A program made the position numbers and the translations under genes. 64,000 nt of DNA from an uncultured Gammaproteobacteria bacterium (GTDB lineage Bacteria; Patescibacteriota; Patescibacteriia; SG8-24): contig CAZAOV010000002.1 of the NCBI GenBank assembly GCA_964486995.1, positions 26,559 to 90,558 on the forward strand, in the 5' to 3' direction. Shown piece by piece: positions 59,553 through 64,000 of this stretch; within the stretch, counting starts at the first letter, position 1, and each line of letters starts with the position of its first letter. A model generated the notes under the pieces. That model did not search any database. It had not been told where the DNA came from and worked only from the letters and a program-made list of their open reading frames with translations.

Positions 59553-61646
59553 CTACTCCAAATGCGCTACCTCAATCGAAGACCCCACAAACGCCCGCAA
59601 CGCCGGGCGTTTAGTTAATTCTGGATCGTCAGCAAGCATCTCGGCCGCTACATTCCGCGCATCACGCACTAGTTCCATGTTTACAGCAGATGCCAATTTC
59701 AAATCAGTGACGTGACCTGATTGCTGACTGCCGAGTATGTCACCCGGTCCGCGCATGGCCAAGTCTTTTTCCGCCAACTTGAAACCATCGTTGGTTTCTT
59801 CCATTGCCCTCAGTCGTTCGCGCACCGTCACACCGTAAGTCGACGGAAATAAATAGCAATAAGACTGATGGTCGCTACGCCCGACCCGACCACGAAACTG
59901 GTGAAGCTGTGCCAAACCAAATCTGTCCGCTCCCTCAACGCACATGGCAGTTGCATTGGGCACATCTACCCCCACCTCAATAACCGATGTCGAAACCAAA
60001 ACTTTTATTTCGTCATCTTTAAACCGAGCCATAATTTCTTCCTTTTCAGCCGCGGCTAATCGACCGTGCAACATACCCACTTCGATATTCGGAAATACTT
60101 CTTTCTTCAGTCGCTCATACTCTTCGGCAACCGAAGTGACGCCCAGCATATCGGACGGATCGATGAGCGGACACACTACAAATACCTGTCTCCCCTGCTC
60201 AATCTGTTCGCGAATCGCTTTGTATGCATCCTGACGACCGCGCGGAGACACCACTTTAGTGACAATCGGTTTGCGGCCGCCGGGCTTTTCCTTCAGCAGC
60301 GACAAATCCAAATCGCCGTACATTGCCAGTTCGAGCGAACGCGGAATCGGCGTGGCGGTCATTGATAACAGATGGGGTTCCATTCCGCCGCCTGCACCCT
60401 TACCGCGCAACGACTGCCGCGTACGCACACCAAAACGATGCTGTTCATCAACCACCGCCAAACCCAGAGCGGCAAATTTCACCCCCTTCTCAACTAGCGC
60501 ATGCGTGCCGATCACCACATCCGCCTGTCCAGCTTCGACCATGTTTCCAAGCTGTTCGCGCTTGGCCTTACCTTTATGTTCCTCATCTCTGCCACCAATA
60601 AACGCACGACGATAGGCATTGGTCCACAATACCAACGAGGGCCCTTTCGGTCCGATTAGCTTACATAACGTTCGGTAATGCTGTAGTGCCAATATTTCGG
60701 TCGGCGCCATTATCGCGGTCTGGTAATCAGAGGCCGCTAGATTAACTGCCAACACCGCCGCCACTGCGGTTTTACCGCTACCCACGTCACCGTTCAATAA
60801 ACGATTCATGGGCACGCCACGCTCCATGTCCCGAATTGCCTCCCATGAAGTTCGCCGCTGGTCGTCGGTCAATTTAAACGGCAATGATTCGATAAATGAA
60901 GTTACGGCCGCTCTATCGAATTTAATCGTCGAAGCTTTGGCCTGCCGGCGATACAGCTTAGTGCGCCCCATGGCAATTTGCACACGCAATAATTCATCAA
61001 ATACCAACCGTCGACGGGCCTCTTCAGCCTCCTCTACCGTCTCGGGAAAGTGAATCGACTGTAGGGCCTGTGGCAATGACATCAAGCCCAAATTATCCAA
61101 AATATCGGTATCTAAATGATCAGGTACGGATTCCAACGACTGCAACAATTTACTTATGAATTTTCGTAAAGAAAACTGCGTCACCCCAGCGGACAAAGGA
61201 TACACCGGCATCATATCGCGCACATTATTCTCGGCACCGCTCGCCATATCGTAAATCGGATTTGAAAGCCGCAGGCCATACTTGCTTCGTGTCACTTTGC
61301 CTGCGAACTTGTATGTCTCCCCCACCTTGAGGTAACGCGATAGGTACGGCTGATTGAACCAAATCGCCGTAATCGTTCCATGACCATCGGTGATTTCAGC
61401 TTCAGAAATGGTCATCCGCCGCCGCCGAAACGCCCGCCGACTCTTGATGCTCTGCACCTGAGCTACCACACTCACATCCATCCCCGCATCCAACGACATG
61501 ATGGAAGAGCTCTCAGCAAAATTCTCATACCGAAACGGCCAATGATAAACCAGGTCACGAATCGTGACGATATCCATGGCGGCGAGCGCTTCTTTCTGTT
61601 TTTTAGTAATACCCGGCAGGGCGCTAATTGGCTGTTCTGGCTGCAT
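59553..61646 (-). CDS. recG: ATP-dependent DNA helicase RecG
   Basis: Wedge domain WFNQPY, GDVGSGKT, DEQHRFG, TATPIPR, QFRGRVGR, RGPGD. Confidence 0.97.
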   Translation of the reverse strand: MQPEQPISALPGITKKQKEALAAMDIVTIRDLVYHWPFRYENFAESSSIMSLDAGMDVSVVAQVQSIKSRRAFRRRRMTISEAEITDGHGTITAIWFNQPYLSRYLKVGETYKFAGKVTRSKYGLRLSNPIYDMASGAENNVRDMMPVYPLSAGVTQFSLRKFISKLLQSLESVPDHLDTDILDNLGLMSLPQALQSIHFPETVEEAEEARRRLVFDELLRVQIAMGRTKLYRRQAKASTIKFDRAAVTSFIESLPFKLTDDQRRTSWEAIRDMERGVPMNRLLNGDVGSGKTAVAAVLAVNLAASDYQTAIMAPTEILALQHYRTLCKLIGPKGPSLVLWTNAYRRAFIGGRDEEHKGKAKREQLGNMVEAGQADVVIGTHALVEKGVKFAALGLAVVDEQHRFGVRTRQSLRGKGAGGGMEPHLLSMTATPIPRSLELAMYGDLDLSLLKEKPGGRKPIVTKVVSPRGRQDAYKAIREQIEQGRQVFVVCPLIDPSDMLGVTSVAEEYERLKKEVFPNIEVGMLHGRLAAAEKEEIMARFKDDEIKVLVSTSVIEVGVDVPNATAMCVEGADRFGLAQLHQFRGRVGRSDHQSYCYLFPSTYGVTVRERLRAMEETNDGFKLAEKDLAMRGPGDILGSQQSGHVTDLKLASAVNMELVRDARNVAAEMLADDPELTKRPALRAFVGSSIEVAHLE

Positions 61647-61840
61647 ACAGGGTTACAATAGATAAAAAGATGGCGAGATGCAAAGCTCGCAAAGAGGCGA
61701 CACCGGTAATGTGCCGGCATTTCATGGCTGTGACACGTGAATCCCGGCGGCCGTGCTTCCTGAGCCTCGTAAGGTTCGCTCACTCGGCATCGCTCACCAT
61801 GTCGCCACGTAAAAATCCCAGACGAGCTGGGATTTTTACG

Positions 61841-61916
61841 TGGCGTACCCGGGACGATTTGAACGTCCGACCTCTTCCTCCGCAGGGAAGCGCTCTATCC
61901 ACTGAGCTACGGGTAC
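61841..61916 (-). tRNA. tRNA-Arg, anticodon GCG
   Basis: GTACCCG TA GCTC AGTGGATA GAGC G CTTCC CTGCGGA GGAAG AGGTC GGACG TTCAAAT CGTCC CGGGTAC G CCA; complete 76-nt cloverleaf. Confidence 0.95.
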
Positions 61917-62106
61917 AGGGTGGTATTTTATTTTAAAAACGGTAGCTCGGATACATATTTTGTTGGCTAACCGCCCTGCAAAATGAATGTCCTCGCCTGG
62001 GTTATGTATTGGTGCGACTGCCGAACTCCGATCTTCAGAGGGACGATTATCTATAAAGGCAGAGCTGGGCTCTGCCAATACGACTCACAATATTAGCAGA
62101 TTCTTT

Positions 62107-62601
62107 CTAAAGTTTCAAGATGCGCCCGAGAAAATCCATAAAGGGCTCTTCATTCTCCTCAAAATCCTCCGGTAAGTACTGCCCCAACACCCGACGAATT
62201 TGGTTCGGATTCTGATCCATGAGCGGTAACGACAGCAAAGGTCGCGAAACCGCCTTAAAATCAAGATACATATTCTTGACCTCCGGCGGATCATACACGA
62301 ACCAATAGCGCTTAACGTCCCGATAGGGATAAAACTGCTCTCCCACCTTGATGCCGTCCTGCGAAATTTCCACCTGCTGATTCTCTGGCCCCTTGAGAGA
62401 AGTCAGATAAATAACCAGCGCAAACATCAGTATCAGCAGTGCGAATAAAAAGTTAGCAGAAGCCACAGCATAAATCAAGAGACTTATGCCAATCAAAATC
62501 ATAATCGCATACCAAGCCCGCCCACGACGATAGCGGTCGCTTTCATCAATCTCCCAAGTAATCACGATATCCGACTCGTTGGAGCTTTGATTGTCCAGCA
62601 T
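62107..62601 (-). CDS. two-TM membrane protein with PH-like C-terminus (common CPR family)
   Basis: W...E....R...WY, two TMs, GIKVG..FYPY. Confidence 0.8.
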   Translation of the reverse strand: MLDNQSSNESDIVITWEIDESDRYRRGRAWYAIMILIGISLLIYAVASANFLFALLILMFALVIYLTSLKGPENQQVEISQDGIKVGEQFYPYRDVKRYWFVYDPPEVKNMYLDFKAVSRPLLSLPLMDQNPNQIRRVLGQYLPEDFEENEEPFMDFLGRILKL

Positions 62602-62719
62602 AAAAATTGGGATTATTTGTTATTCATATTTTAGCGTAAAATGGCCTGTTAAGCCAGCAAAACCTGAAGTTCGACGTTCGGTTGCGTCATTCGTGTGAGA
62701 CGAACCGTTCATTTATCGG

Positions 62720-62798
62720 GCATCTGCAGGACTTGCCCCTGCCCTGCGGCAGAAACACGCCGCTCGATTCTATGGGCAGAGGCAAGCCCTGTAGCCAC
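62720..62798. repeat. REPIN-like inverted pair, family A
   Basis: gcaggacttgcccctgccc ... gggcagaggcaagccctgtagccac. Confidence 0.7.
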
Positions 62799-62903
62799 AC
62801 TTTCTGCGGTCATGCCCCACCAACCCAGAGTGTCGCCGCACCTAAAAAACTTTGACAGAAGCTCTAACTAGGCGTAATTAGAAAATATAGAAAAGAAGGT
62901 GCC

Positions 62904-63557
62904 ATGTCTATTGACCGAGCTAAGGTGAATCATGTCCTTTTAAGCGAATCCAGACCGGAAATTGCCGAACGGGTGATGTCGGTATTGGAACCGTTTTTGA
63001 CTAAAGCCGAGACCGACGTGTTTCGACTAGACGGTCGGCATGCCGTGACCGACGCGGAAATCGGGGGAGCGGTGGTTGCGGCCACAGGTCAGACAGTTAG
63101 ACATGTGGCTCGCATCTCCCTGTCCGAAGGCCCGTTCTCCAAGCCGCGCTTCATGACCCTGGATTTCTATCGCAAGTGCTTGCATGCGTTTCTGCAGGAA
63201 AACGTGGACCTACGCCTTCAGACCGCCCTGCATAATATGCACAACAAATATCTAAAGGAGATGGGTCTGCTGTTTGTGACCGAGCAGGCCGTGCATGAAT
63301 TGTTCGGAGAACGCATTCGGATTGGTCTAAAGAGGGCAATGCGCGCATCAGAACTGCACGAAAAGCAGTGGGAAGATTCCTGGAAGGAAGCTTACCGCGC
63401 AATTCGATCGGTGCTGGTGTGCTATATCGCCTATGCACGAATGAACGATACCGAACACATGGATGAATTGGAGCCGCTGACGAGCATCATTCATCGTGTC
63501 GTGCCTTACGCCTGCAAGAAATTCGAATACGAAACGCGCATCGTATTCGTGGCTTAA
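62904..63557 (+). CDS. hypothetical protein
   Basis: 217 aa; TTGACA upstream; terminator aattcctcg..cgaggaattttt downstream. Confidence 0.75.
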   Translation: MSIDRAKVNHVLLSESRPEIAERVMSVLEPFLTKAETDVFRLDGRHAVTDAEIGGAVVAATGQTVRHVARISLSEGPFSKPRFMTLDFYRKCLHAFLQENVDLRLQTALHNMHNKYLKEMGLLFVTEQAVHELFGERIRIGLKRAMRASELHEKQWEDSWKEAYRAIRSVLVCYIAYARMNDTEHMDELEPLTSIIHRVVPYACKKFEYETRIVFVA

Positions 63558-63661
63558 TTCTAATTCCTCGCATACGCGAGGAATTTTTTGTTGTACTGAT
63601 TTATTCTAGGTGGCTAGCTTGGCTATTATTCAAAAAACATGCCTGAAGGCATGTTTTCTGC

Positions 63662-63750
63662 TGGCGGAGGGTGTGGGAGTCGAACCCACAAGACCATTTT
63701 CACGGTCACAGTTTAGCAAACTGGTGCCTTACCATTCGGCGCAACCCTCC
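63662..63750 (-). tRNA. tRNA-Ser, anticodon GCT
   Basis: GGAGGGT acceptor stem, anticodon loop TT-GCT-AA, long variable arm, GTTCGAC T-loop, GCCA end. Confidence 0.93.
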
Positions 63751-63845
63751 ACGCACGGTGATATATTAGCTGAAAGTAGATGATTTGTGAAGGGCTTGAC
63801 TAAACACCATGTCCATGGTCAAATTGACCGTACAATGGAGGTATA

Positions 63846-64000
63846 ATGGGACACTCATGGCGCGAAATGGATCCACAGGGTGCGCTCCGGCACGATGAAC
63901 TTTACGAACGGCGGACAAAAATTCTGCGACGACTTGAGGGCGTATCACTGTCCGCGTTCCAGGCGACTGATTTGCCGGCGCTGCTGCTCATCGTGCCGGG
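63846..64000 (+). CDS. hypothetical protein, runs off the window
   Basis: SD ggagg then MGHSWREMDPQGALRHDELYERR..., open to the end. Confidence 0.5.
   Translation, partial: MGHSWREMDPQGALRHDELYERRTKILRRLEGVSLSAFQATDLPALLLIVP

Noticed and set aside
1-64000. Alternative genetic code (TGA=Gly or TAG read-through)
   Set aside because: Core genes are full length in code 11 and end at TGA (dnaE), TAG (pheS, pheT, clpC) and TAA

Overview
A 64 kb bacterial chromosomal window in the standard genetic code. Gene content and style point to a Patescibacteria (CPR) genome, probably ABY1/Uhrbacteria-like; this is inferred from the CPR-type pilins, the SD-less core gene starts and the gene neighbourhoods. 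Housekeeping genes: dnaE, pheS/pheT, rseP, murI, a phosphomannomutase, lemA-htpX-clpC, radA, recG, tRNA-Arg(GCG) and tRNA-Ser(GCT). From about 9 to 31 kb lies an accessory region of largely independently expressed orphan genes, many of them secreted or membrane-bound. It contains several paralog families, two paralogous ABC exporters, a PI3/4-kinase-like protein with a small partner gene, and an OMP-like gene plus a matrixin lipoprotein. A GT2 + two GT-C glycosylation cluster follows. An IS256/IS1249-like element sits next to a DnaA-box cluster at 42.6-44.3 kb. The strongest candidate for an undescribed system is the 50.3-57.8 kb operon: a beta-propeller, a DsbA, and three CPR-type pilins that carry, or sit beside, three copies of a Cys/His (CHAP/NlpC-P60-like) hydrolase domain. 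The second candidate is a five-member ~170-aa paralog family whose members always lie head-to-head with an unrelated accessory gene. At least five families of short palindromic intergenic elements also occur. All calls are by eye from motifs; no database searches were run.
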